Under the pieces are notes generated by a model. It saw nothing but the letters and a program-made list of their open reading frames with translations, searched no databases and had not been told where the DNA came from. 40,911 nt of DNA from an uncultured Candidatus Saccharibacteria bacterium (GTDB lineage Bacteria; Patescibacteriota; Minisyncoccia; 2-02-FULL-40-12; IGHO2-12-FULL-4), in assembly GCA_964479745.1 (NCBI GenBank), contig CAYZNJ010000002.1, positions 1 through 40,911 of the forward strand, written 5' to 3'. Below, piece by piece: positions 15,564 through 22,766 of the stretch. Numbering within the stretch: position 1 is the first letter of the stretch; each line of letters opens with the position of its first letter. The position numbers and the translations under genes are program-made.

Positions 15564-17897
15564 TTATTGGACCACCAGGTTGAATCTTACTGAGTTACCA
15601 CTGTCGTCTTCAAGAATAAGATATTGAAGGCCCCGATCGGCAGACGGAGAAACAGAAAGCCCGAACTTGATTTTGACTTTGTCACCCGAAAAAGGAGTAG
15701 TGGAAATAGTATCGGCGTTAATATCCAAGTCGCCAGATTCGGAAGTAACGCTTAAAACATCGCTTAAATTAGTCCCGTAAACTGTAACCGTGTAATTTTT
15801 ACCGGGTCTTAATACCAAAGGCACAGCGTAGTAAATAGTCGGATCGGAAGCAGAATTTACAATGCTTAGCAAGCGGGAAGAGTAACCGGAAACTCTGCCG
15901 GCGCGGGTAACACAACCGCCGCTAACCACCTGCAAGTAATAAGAACCGTTTTCAATATTCGGAGCTTCAAATCGCAAAGTCTTGGCAGAAAAGTCGCTTG
16001 TTGTGACTGTTTCTCCGCCAATCAATACTTCGGCACTCCGTATAGACGCGCCCATGCCGGACCCGCAGTTGCCGGCGCTGAAGTTAGAACCCTTAACAGT
16101 TACTGTGTCGCCCGGAGCGGCAACAAGCGGAGAAAAGGAAGAAATTTTGGGAGTGGGAATGTTGACAGGAGGCAAAGTGGTGGTGGTAACGGGCGGCAAG
16201 GTGGTGGTCGTGGTGGCGGGAGTAGTGCCGGCGATATTTAAAGAAGCGGAAAGATCAACAAAGCTGCCGGAAAGAGAAAAAGTTTTGGTGGTTTTGTAAG
16301 CGCCTTTTTCATAGCGTACAACCAAGTTAGAGAAATAACGGCCCAGGTTATCGGGAAAGACCAGCGTTCGATTGCCGTTGGTGGCGCTGACGGCACCGGA
16401 CGGAGACAGACCATTCAGATAATTGATGAATTCGCCGTCAAAAACAATTTCCCCGTTGCTGGCCGAAGTGCCGATCTTAAGATTGCCCTTACCGGGACGA
16501 TATATGTAATCCGTGATTGCCGCCAACGCGTTACTAATGAAGTTAAAACCTGATCGAGTGTCCGGCGATTTAAAGCTATTCGGCAAAGGCGGTAGATGTT
16601 CACTGTCAATCTGGCAGTTTTGCGCTCCATCGGGACATTCGCAACGGTTATTGTAACCGAGACGCGGATCTAAAAAAGTATTTTCAGTCCCATTCCAAGA
16701 GCAAGCGTAACTAGCCGCGCCTTCCAAACCAAAAAAGAAAAATTCGCTGGTTTGGCTGCCCCAAGTTGTATAGCCAACATCGGAGACAGCGGTAGGCGGA
16801 GCCGCCATGTCAATAAAGAAAACTTGGGCGCTAGGATCATATTGCACCGCGTAAGAACCGGCGCTGCCAAGATAAACTATCATTGCCGTACACCAGCCGC
16901 TATTGGCGCCCCCCAAAACCACCCGGCCATTGCGCGGCAAAGGAGAAGACCAAGGACCAGTACCAGGCCAAGCTTGGCAAGCGCCGGCATTGCCTCCGGT
17001 GGTATTGGCAGTCGTCGGACGCGTTACGCTATCGTTATATAACTGTACGCCGTTGATAGGATTGCCGTTGCGGTCGGTTACCCGACCGGAAAGGGTGGTG
17101 CCACTGGTATAAGTCGGACGGCCGACATTGTCGCTTACAGTAACAATTATCGTCCGCTCGCCCCTCCAAACTATCTGATTGCGTGTGTCATAATTTACAA
17201 GTAAAGATTTAATAGTATATTTTCCCGGCTGTTGGGTGGTAAGCTGATGAGTATGTTCAGCTCCGCGCTGCCAGTTAGCCACCACGATATCCGAACCGTC
17301 GTTAAAAGTGTAAACAGCCCCAAAAGTAGCCGCGTCTAAATTACCTGTACCAGTGATGGCAGAATGGAAACTGCCGCCCTGTGGCACTGTGGCAGGATCA
17401 AAAGTAATGTCCGAAACAGTAATCGGCTCTGGCGTGATGGCGTTTAAACTATAATCAGAACCGTTGGAAATGTTGCCGCCGGGCAGAAAAGGGATTGACC
17501 CGCCAGCCGCTCCTCCACCCTGCCGCAGACAGACTGCGTATTGCTGTTGAGTGGGGGCGTCCGGATCACCGGCATAGGGTTCTCGGCAGTAACGCCCGTC
17601 GCTTGTACGCGTGTAGCCGGCTGTCGGACCGTTTTGACCCGTCACGCCTAAACTCCAACATTGCAAGAAATGCCGGCAACGGTCCTGTTGGGAAGACAAG
17701 TTGGTGTTGCAATCTTGTCCGGCTGGCCGCCAGTTAGACGGCAGGTCGCTGCAAATGGGAGAAGGATCAGAAACCGGTTCGACTGCCAAGCTAAGATTAA
17801 AACCGCTTTGGCTCAAATCTACTTTCACATACTGCAATGTTACTATGCTAGCCGCAACCACGACCAAAAAGACGAACAATGGCAAAAGTTTTGACAT
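15564..17897 (-). CDS. Large secreted or cell-surface protein: Cys-rich N-terminal region, Thr/Pro linker, C-terminal IPT/TIG-like repeats
   Basis: 777 aa. Signal/anchor LLPLFVFLVVVAASIVTL. Linker TTPATTTTTLPPVTTTTLPPVNIPTP. It is followed by PKISSFSPLVAAPGDTVTVKGSNFS and DPTIYYAVPLVLRPGKNYTVTVYGTNLS, both IPT/TIG-like strands. GC is visibly higher than in neighbouring genes (hand count 33/60 at 16741-16800). Confidence 0.8.
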   Translation of the reverse strand: MSKLLPLFVFLVVVAASIVTLQYVKVDLSQSGFNLSLAVEPVSDPSPICSDLPSNWRPAGQDCNTNLSSQQDRCRHFLQCWSLGVTGQNGPTAGYTRTSDGRYCREPYAGDPDAPTQQQYAVCLRQGGGAAGGSIPFLPGGNISNGSDYSLNAITPEPITVSDITFDPATVPQGGSFHSAITGTGNLDAATFGAVYTFNDGSDIVVANWQRGAEHTHQLTTQQPGKYTIKSLLVNYDTRNQIVWRGERTIIVTVSDNVGRPTYTSGTTLSGRVTDRNGNPINGVQLYNDSVTRPTTANTTGGNAGACQAWPGTGPWSSPLPRNGRVVLGGANSGWCTAMIVYLGSAGSYAVQYDPSAQVFFIDMAAPPTAVSDVGYTTWGSQTSEFFFFGLEGAASYACSWNGTENTFLDPRLGYNNRCECPDGAQNCQIDSEHLPPLPNSFKSPDTRSGFNFISNALAAITDYIYRPGKGNLKIGTSASNGEIVFDGEFINYLNGLSPSGAVSATNGNRTLVFPDNLGRYFSNLVVRYEKGAYKTTKTFSLSGSFVDLSASLNIAGTTPATTTTTLPPVTTTTLPPVNIPTPKISSFSPLVAAPGDTVTVKGSNFSAGNCGSGMGASIRSAEVLIGGETVTTSDFSAKTLRFEAPNIENGSYYLQVVSGGCVTRAGRVSGYSSRLLSIVNSASDPTIYYAVPLVLRPGKNYTVTVYGTNLSDVLSVTSESGDLDINADTISTTPFSGDKVKIKFGLSVSPSADRGLQYLILEDDSGNSVRFNLVVQ

Positions 17898-17905
17898 AAG
17901 AAAAA

Positions 17906-17958
17906 TTATTTAGTAATAATTTTCATTTTAAAATAAAATAAGAATTATTACTAAATAA
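17906..17958. promoter_or_regulatory. Perfect 16-bp inverted repeat in a divergent promoter region
   Basis: TTATTTAGTAATAATT (17906-17921) and AATTATTACTAAATAA (17943-17958) are exact reverse complements, separated by 21 nt. The left arm starts 9 nt upstream of the 777-aa gene ATG (17897). Confidence 0.6.
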
Positions 17959-18022
17959 GGTTATCAACACTTGGAGATTGATTTTAGTTTTCTGTCAGTC
18001 TCCGCTGTGTGATACAATTAAG

Positions 18023-18868
18023 ATGATGTTTAGACAACTAAACAAAAAGTTAAATCTGCTTCCGCTTTCCTTTGCACTTATTACAATTCCCTGCACCGAC
18101 AGCGCCGGCATTGGTGAATGCGTTTCCGGGTTATACAACTGGAGCCTCGCGATTGTGGGGATAGTTGCTTTTGTCCAGATAATTTATGCCGGCTGGCTGT
18201 ATTTGAGTGCGGCGGGCAACACTAGCAAAACCGGCGACGCAATGAAAAAAATATCCAATGCTGTTTTGGGCATTGTTTTGCTTTTCTCTTCTTACTTAAT
18301 TCTGAATACCATCAATCCTGATTTGGTGGGAGAAAGCTTCGGCCTACCTGACCTTAAAAAAGATAAGATTGAGGACATAGATTACAGCGGCACAAGCACG
18401 ACGTCAAATACCACCACGACAATCCTGCAATCAAGCACAACTACGCTAGCGAGTGGAACAACAACGACAATAAACCCCAACACTCCAGACTGGTCTAGCA
18501 TAACCCCTGCCACGCCATTGGCTGTTAGCTTCCGCGATTATATCCAGCTTGACGACATACTAGGTCATATTGGTCCCGGCACTGATGCTGAAGTTTGTTT
18601 GGTCGGTTCCGGATTTGCACCAGGAATGGGTTTGTATGTATCGGGCTTAGGTACTTTTCTCATTACTCCTCACACCACCACTAAAGCCACACTACATCTC
18701 AACGCTTCCGATAACAGATTCGCTCCAGGTTGGCAAAATATAACGCACAGCGGGGGTGAAGTGGCCTACTTTCAAAGGGGAGAATACACAACAGACTTTA
18801 TACTTATCTATCTAGATCTAGAAAACGGCCTAGGCACAGTACGTCCGCAAAAACCCTGCAATAATTGA
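18023..18868 (+). CDS. Pilin-module protein: N-terminal VirB2/TrbC-like two-helix module, Thr-rich linker, C-terminal domain
   Basis: The ORF track starts at TTG 17978. ATG-ATG at 18023 gives a better signal-like N-terminus, MMFRQLNKKLNLLPLSFALITIPC. Module: ECVSGLYNWSLAIVGIVAFVQIIYAGWLYLSAAGNTSKTGDAMKKISNAVLGIVLLFSSYLILNTINP. Linker: GTSTTSNTTTTILQSSTTTLASGTTTT. Confidence 0.7.
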   Translation: MMFRQLNKKLNLLPLSFALITIPCTDSAGIGECVSGLYNWSLAIVGIVAFVQIIYAGWLYLSAAGNTSKTGDAMKKISNAVLGIVLLFSSYLILNTINPDLVGESFGLPDLKKDKIEDIDYSGTSTTSNTTTTILQSSTTTLASGTTTTINPNTPDWSSITPATPLAVSFRDYIQLDDILGHIGPGTDAEVCLVGSGFAPGMGLYVSGLGTFLITPHTTTKATLHLNASDNRFAPGWQNITHSGGEVAYFQRGEYTTDFILIYLDLENGLGTVRPQKPCNN

Positions 18869-18906
18869 ATTTAAACGGAAAGTATGTCAACATTCTAAAA
18901 TCAATA

Positions 18907-19452
18907 ATGCATAAAGGTTTCTGGACCAAAAGACCCCAACAAGAAAAAAAACCGAAAGCCAACCTGCAAATCAGAGCTCCTCAAGTGAGAGTTATAGACG
19001 AAGCAAGCGGCCAGCTTGGCATAATGGACACCTCGTCCGCCTTAAAGTTAGCCCAAGAAAAAGGGCTTGATTTGATTGAAATCAACCCAAACAGCAGCCC
19101 CCCTATTGCCAAAATCATGGATTATGGTAAATATATGTATCGCAAAGAGAAGGGCAATAAAGGCAAAGAACAAAAGAAAGTCGGTTCCCAGGAGACAAAA
19201 ACAGTAAGAATAGGCCTAAAAACAGGAGAACACGACCTACAGGTCAAATCAGCTTTAGCTGACAAATTTCTGGAAAAAAAGAACAAAGTAAAAGTTGAGA
19301 TCTTTTTAAGAGGCCGAGAAAAAGCCTTCAGAAATATGGCCAGAGAAAAAATTACTCAATTTTTAACTTACATCACCCAGCCCTATATTACCGAAGACAC
19401 TCTAAAGTCTACACCAACCGGTTTTTCAGTAGTGCTGAGACCGGAAAAGTAA
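18907..19452 (+). CDS. infC: Translation initiation factor IF-3
   Basis: IRAPQVRVIDEASGQLGIM...LDLIEINPNSSPPIAKIMDYGKYMYRKEK aligns with IF-3 N-domain and linker; the C-domain is ..VKVEIFLRGRE... ATG at 18907 gives an N-terminal length like that of E. coli IF-3. The track start is TTG 18865, so the start is uncertain; IF-3 genes often use unusual starts. Confidence 0.88.
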   Translation: MHKGFWTKRPQQEKKPKANLQIRAPQVRVIDEASGQLGIMDTSSALKLAQEKGLDLIEINPNSSPPIAKIMDYGKYMYRKEKGNKGKEQKKVGSQETKTVRIGLKTGEHDLQVKSALADKFLEKKNKVKVEIFLRGREKAFRNMAREKITQFLTYITQPYITEDTLKSTPTGFSVVLRPEK

Positions 19453-19470
19453 GCGCGCGAAAAAAATTCT

Positions 19471-19662
19471 ATGAAACTAAAAACAAACAAATCGGCTTCA
19501 AAGAGATTTAAGATCGGCAAGAAAAAAATAATGCACCGAACAGGCCACCAGAATCACTTTAACGCCAAAGAGTCCGGCGAAGAAACTCGGAGCAAACGAG
19601 GCTACAGAACTCTTAGTTCGGCTGAAGATAAAAACATAAGAAAGATACTGCCCTATGCCTAG
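19471..19662 (+). CDS. rpmI: 50S ribosomal protein L35
   Basis: 63 aa. MKLKTNKSASKRFKIGKKKIMHRTGHQNH is the typical L35 pattern, and the gene has the conserved infC-rpmI-rplT order. Confidence 0.92.
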   Translation: MKLKTNKSASKRFKIGKKKIMHRTGHQNHFNAKESGEETRSKRGYRTLSSAEDKNIRKILPYA

Positions 19663-19999
19663 AGTAAAAAGAGGAAAAACTGCAAACAAAAGAAGGAAAA
19701 ATTTGCTGAAGCACGCAAAGGGTTTTATGTGGACCCGAAGCACCAAATATCGCCAAGCCAAGGAAGCTCTTTTGCACGCCTGGTCTTTCCAGTTTGCCGA
19801 CCGCAAAAAAAAGAAAAGCAATTTCCGCCGCTTGTGGCAAATAAAAATAAACGCCGGCGCCAGAGAAAACGGTTTATCTTACAGCCAGCTTATTAACAAG
19901 CTCAAAAAAGCTAACATAGAACTGGATAGAAAAATCCTTTCCGACCTCGCCCATCACGAACCGGAAGTATTTAAAAAAATAGTTGAGTCACTAAGATGA
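19655..19999 (+). CDS. rplT: 50S ribosomal protein L20
   Basis: 114 aa. MPRVKRGKTANKRRKNLLKHAKGF...RRLWQIKINAGARENGLSYSQLINKLKKANIELDRKILSDLA is typical L20. It overlaps rpmI by 8 nt. Confidence 0.95.
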   Translation: MPRVKRGKTANKRRKNLLKHAKGFMWTRSTKYRQAKEALLHAWSFQFADRKKKKSNFRRLWQIKINAGARENGLSYSQLINKLKKANIELDRKILSDLAHHEPEVFKKIVESLR

Positions 20000-20028
20000 C
20001 GAAATACTGAGCACAGTAGTGCGAATGT
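20000..20028 (+). repeat. 29-nt hairpin motif, copy E1 (directly after the rplT stop codon)
   Basis: CGAAATACTGA-GCAC-AGTA-GTGC-GAATGT. Copies E2 and E3 lie in the opposite orientation. Confidence 0.7.
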
Positions 20029-20054
20029 GTAGTCTGAACGTATTGAAACAGCTC

Positions 20055-20089
20055 AAAAATAAAATCCTCTTTCAAGAGGATTTTATTTT
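20055..20089 (+). terminator. Rho-independent terminator of the infC-rpmI-rplT operon
   Basis: AAAATAAAATCCTCT-TTCA-AGAGGATTTTATTTT. Confidence 0.8.
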
Positions 20090-20308
20090 AGCAGAGTATT
20101 TTTGAAATAGTTCGAACCCATTTTGGCCAGAAATCTGAAAAATCTGTCTGAAAATCTGAACCGCAATTCTGAATCAGACAATTTCAAGTTTTTCTTTGGC
20201 GGAGTTCGGATTATTGAAATTCTAACGAATTTCAGTCTTGGCGGCAAATTCTTTGAAAAATAAAAGCGGCTTGATATTATCGCACCGCTGATGATCAACT
20301 GTATCAGG

Positions 20309-20758
20309 TTAAACCTGACTTCGTAGGCAATCGACAATCCTTATAAGACGCCTGCTATACGGAAAGCAAAGGCCAATGATCCTTGGTTCAAGACTCTCAA
20401 ACCAAAGCAGGGTAAAACTGTTTTCTGGCATGATCCGGAGATACCACTCATACATAAGGATACGCCAGGAAAAACCATCTTTGTTCTGAATGCTGATTTC
20501 AAATGAATCAGCAAAGAAACCGCCAGCAGGATGATAGTCAAGAAGCTGATAATCTCGTGCGGAAACTTTTGCCATCAACATGTCGAGAACTTCTCTCTGC
20601 TGCCTCCGAGGCATTCTTATGGATCGCCGCTTTGATGCTTCTTTCTGCCACTCCAAATAGGAAGCGGCCCATTCAGCTGATCCACCAAGTGCTGATATCG
20701 CCTGACTTGCGGTGACTCCTATCGGTCCGACCGGTTCAACAAAAGCATTGTTATTCAT
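20309..20758 (-). CDS. Hypothetical protein (149 aa) inside a GC-richer island
   Basis: Longest ORF in the rplT/tRNA-Glu interval. It has an ATG start and no recognisable motifs. Local GC is higher than in neighbours (hand count 32/60 at 20581-20640). Confidence 0.45.
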   Translation of the reverse strand: MNNNAFVEPVGPIGVTASQAISALGGSAEWAASYLEWQKEASKRRSIRMPRRQQREVLDMLMAKVSARDYQLLDYHPAGGFFADSFEISIQNKDGFSWRILMYEWYLRIMPENSFTLLWFESLEPRIIGLCFPYSRRLIRIVDCLRSQV

Positions 20759-20882
20759 CTGACCCCCATCCTTTTCAAGGAAACTGATGTGGCCAGCATT
20801 TGAGCTGACTCCACATCTCTTGGTAGATGATAATAAGTCTTCATTGATATGTCAAGGGAGCGTAACAAAAAACCAGCATTTT

Positions 20883-20911
20883 ACATTCGCAGTACTCTGC
20901 TCAGTATTTCG
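20883..20911 (-). repeat. 29-nt hairpin motif, copy E2
   Basis: The minus strand reads CGAAATACTGA-GCAG-AGTA-CTGC-GAATGT, i.e. E1 with a compensatory C:G to G:C swap in the stem. It sits inside a larger stem AAAAACCAGC (20868-20877) / GCTGGTTTTT (20931-20940). Confidence 0.7.
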
Positions 20912-21043
20912 GAATCTAAGTTCCTCAACTGCTGGTTTTTGAGGTAAAGTTTTCCCCGCCCCTTGCCGTGCTCCGCCGTAGCCTTGGCGTAGGCGAGGTC
21001 CCTCCAAAAAAGATGTTTTAGGAAAACTTGAAAAAACGAAGAG

Positions 21044-21071
21044 CACTTCGCACTGGTGTGCTCAGTACTCG
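21044..21071 (-). repeat. Hairpin motif, copy E3 (19 nt downstream of the tRNA-Glu 3' end)
   Basis: The minus strand reads CGAGTACTGA-GCAC-ACCA-GTGC-GAAGTG. The flanks and stem are conserved and the loop differs. Confidence 0.6.
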
Positions 21072-21090
21072 TTTGCCTTCGCAAACTTCG

Positions 21091-21162
21091 CAGCGCCAGA
21101 GGGAGTCGAACCCTCCTTGCAAGATTGAAAATCTTGAGTCCTAACCGATAGACGATGGCGCC
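21091..21162 (-). tRNA. tRNA-Glu(UUC): tRNA-Glu, anticodon UUC
   Basis: Hand-folded cloverleaf: acceptor GGCGCCA/TGGCGCT (G1-U72 wobble), D-arm GTCT..GGAC, anticodon stem CAAGA/TCTTG with loop TT-TTC-AA, 4-nt variable loop, T-arm GAGGG-TTCGACT-CCCTC. CCA is not encoded. Confidence 0.85.
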
Positions 21163-21223
21163 ATAACTTTAAAATTCTAAACCAAAAATTGAAGAAAATC
21201 AATAAAAATGATATTTTCTCTTA

Positions 21224-22330
21224 ATGCTTATTCTTGGCATTGAAACATCTTGCGATGATACCGCGGTAGCGGTGCTACAAGTTAAAAGTGGGAAGTTTAA
21301 GGTTAAAAGTAGTGTAGTTTCTTCTCAAGTCAAACTCCATGCAAAATATGGAGGTGTTTTTCCTGCCTTGGCGGCGCGGGAACATGAGAAAAATCTCCCC
21401 AAAGTTCTCAAACTTGCTCTCAAAGAGGCAAAGGTAGAAGTTGCGGATATTGACTTGGTTGCTGTTACCAAAGGACCTGGTTTAGAACCGTCTTTGTGGC
21501 GCGGAGTAAATTTTGCCAACGACCTGGCAAAAAAATTTAAAAAACCGATTCTCGGAGTAAACCATCTGGAGGGACATACCTACTCCAATTGGTTAAAACC
21601 AGTTGGGAAATTTTCAATTTTCAATTTTGAGAAAAATATTTTTCCAGCATTAAACTTAATTGTGGCGGGGGGTCATACGGAACTGGTTTTGATGAAAGAT
21701 TACGGCAAATACAAAATTATTGGTGAAACTCTGGACGATGCCGTCGGCGAGGCTTTTGACAAAGTCGCCCGCATGCTGAAGATCGGCTTCCCCGGCGGAC
21801 CGGCTGTTGCGCTACGCGCATCTAAATTCAAAGTTGAAAGTTCACCTGCCCGCCAATCGCCTGACGGCTCAAGACGTCTGGCAGGCGGGAAGTTAAAAGT
21901 CAAATTTCCCAGGCCGATGGCAAATTCAAAAGATTTTAACTTCAGCTATTCTGGTTTGAAGACAGCCGTTTTATACAAAATCAGAGAATTTAAAAACTTA
22001 AGCCCGGGAATAATAAACCAAATTTGTTATGAATTTCAGGAAGCGGCAATAGATGTTTTAACCTCAAAAACAATTAAGGCCGCGGAAAAACACAAAGTAA
22101 AATCGGTAATGCTTTCCGGCGGAGTCTCGGCAAACAAGTTGCTAAGAGAGAAACTTGAGAAAACAGTAAGCACAAAACTTGATAACATTAAGTTTTTCAA
22201 ACCAGATATATCTTACACTTCGGACAACGCCGCCATGATAGCGCTGGCTGGATATTTTAACCGGCAAAAAATAAAAACCGACCCCCTTTCCTGGAAATCG
22301 GTCAAACCTAACGCTAACTTAAACTTTTAA
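21224..22330 (+). CDS. tsaD: tRNA N6-adenosine threonylcarbamoyltransferase TsaD (Kae1/Gcp)
   Basis: 368 aa. Motifs: ILGIETSCDDTAVAV, GVFPALAAREH, GPGLEPSLWRG, VNHLEGH, GETLDDAVGEAFDKVARML, FSYSGLKTAV, GGVSAN. Confidence 0.93.
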   Translation: MLILGIETSCDDTAVAVLQVKSGKFKVKSSVVSSQVKLHAKYGGVFPALAAREHEKNLPKVLKLALKEAKVEVADIDLVAVTKGPGLEPSLWRGVNFANDLAKKFKKPILGVNHLEGHTYSNWLKPVGKFSIFNFEKNIFPALNLIVAGGHTELVLMKDYGKYKIIGETLDDAVGEAFDKVARMLKIGFPGGPAVALRASKFKVESSPARQSPDGSRRLAGGKLKVKFPRPMANSKDFNFSYSGLKTAVLYKIREFKNLSPGIINQICYEFQEAAIDVLTSKTIKAAEKHKVKSVMLSGGVSANKLLREKLEKTVSTKLDNIKFFKPDISYTSDNAAMIALAGYFNRQKIKTDPLSWKSVKPNANLNF

Positions 22331-22731
22331 TTCCCCTCCTTAAGTCTCTTTCTTAGATTCCACGTTTGTTTGATTAACCCCCAAAAACCTGGCGGGGTTG
22401 GCATCCCCGATGCCTCGTAAATTTTTTTTTCATAAAGAGGATTTGTTGATCCGCACCTTGGACAAGAAAAATAAAGCAAGCCGTTTCTTACTCCGTCACT
22501 GGTGTAACCGTGGGGATAATCAACAGAAACATCTCTGCAAACCAAACAGCGAAACAGATAAAAATGAAGATGGCTAGTCCAGTTCGGCAAAGTAAAAAGA
22601 CCCACTAATTTAGGCTTCCTGCCGGCTTTGATTTTGCTTGCCCAGCCAGTAAAAATGCTCTCTTCGTTTGCGACAAAAGTACAGTAGGGACATTCATGCG
22701 CCATTTCTAAAACCTCTTTTTTAAGATACAA
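22327..22731 (-). CDS. Hypothetical zinc-ribbon protein (CxxC x3)
   Basis: 134 aa with CPYC, CLVC and CPRC pairs. It overlaps the convergent tsaD by 4 nt. Confidence 0.5.
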   Translation of the reverse strand: MYLKKEVLEMAHECPYCTFVANEESIFTGWASKIKAGRKPKLVGLFTLPNWTSHLHFYLFRCLVCRDVSVDYPHGYTSDGVRNGLLYFSCPRCGSTNPLYEKKIYEASGMPTPPGFWGLIKQTWNLRKRLKEGN

Positions 22732-22766
22732 TAAAAACTAAGTCAAACTATCACTAAAACACGGAA

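Noticed and set aside
20083-20337. 84-aa ORF downstream of the 149-aa ORF.
   Set aside because: The translation is low-complexity (..LRFRFSDRFFRFL..) and coincides with the short tandem DNA repeats and palindrome at 20131-20244. It is more likely non-coding.
21830-21895. GC-rich 19-codon extra loop in TsaD (..KFKVESSPARQSPDGSRRLAGGKLKVK..) as a separate inserted element.
   Set aside because: There is only a weak 6-bp stem (CCTGCC/GGCAGG) and no similarity to other elements in the window. I cannot distinguish it from an ordinary lineage-specific surface loop. It is mentioned only in the ileS palindrome finding.
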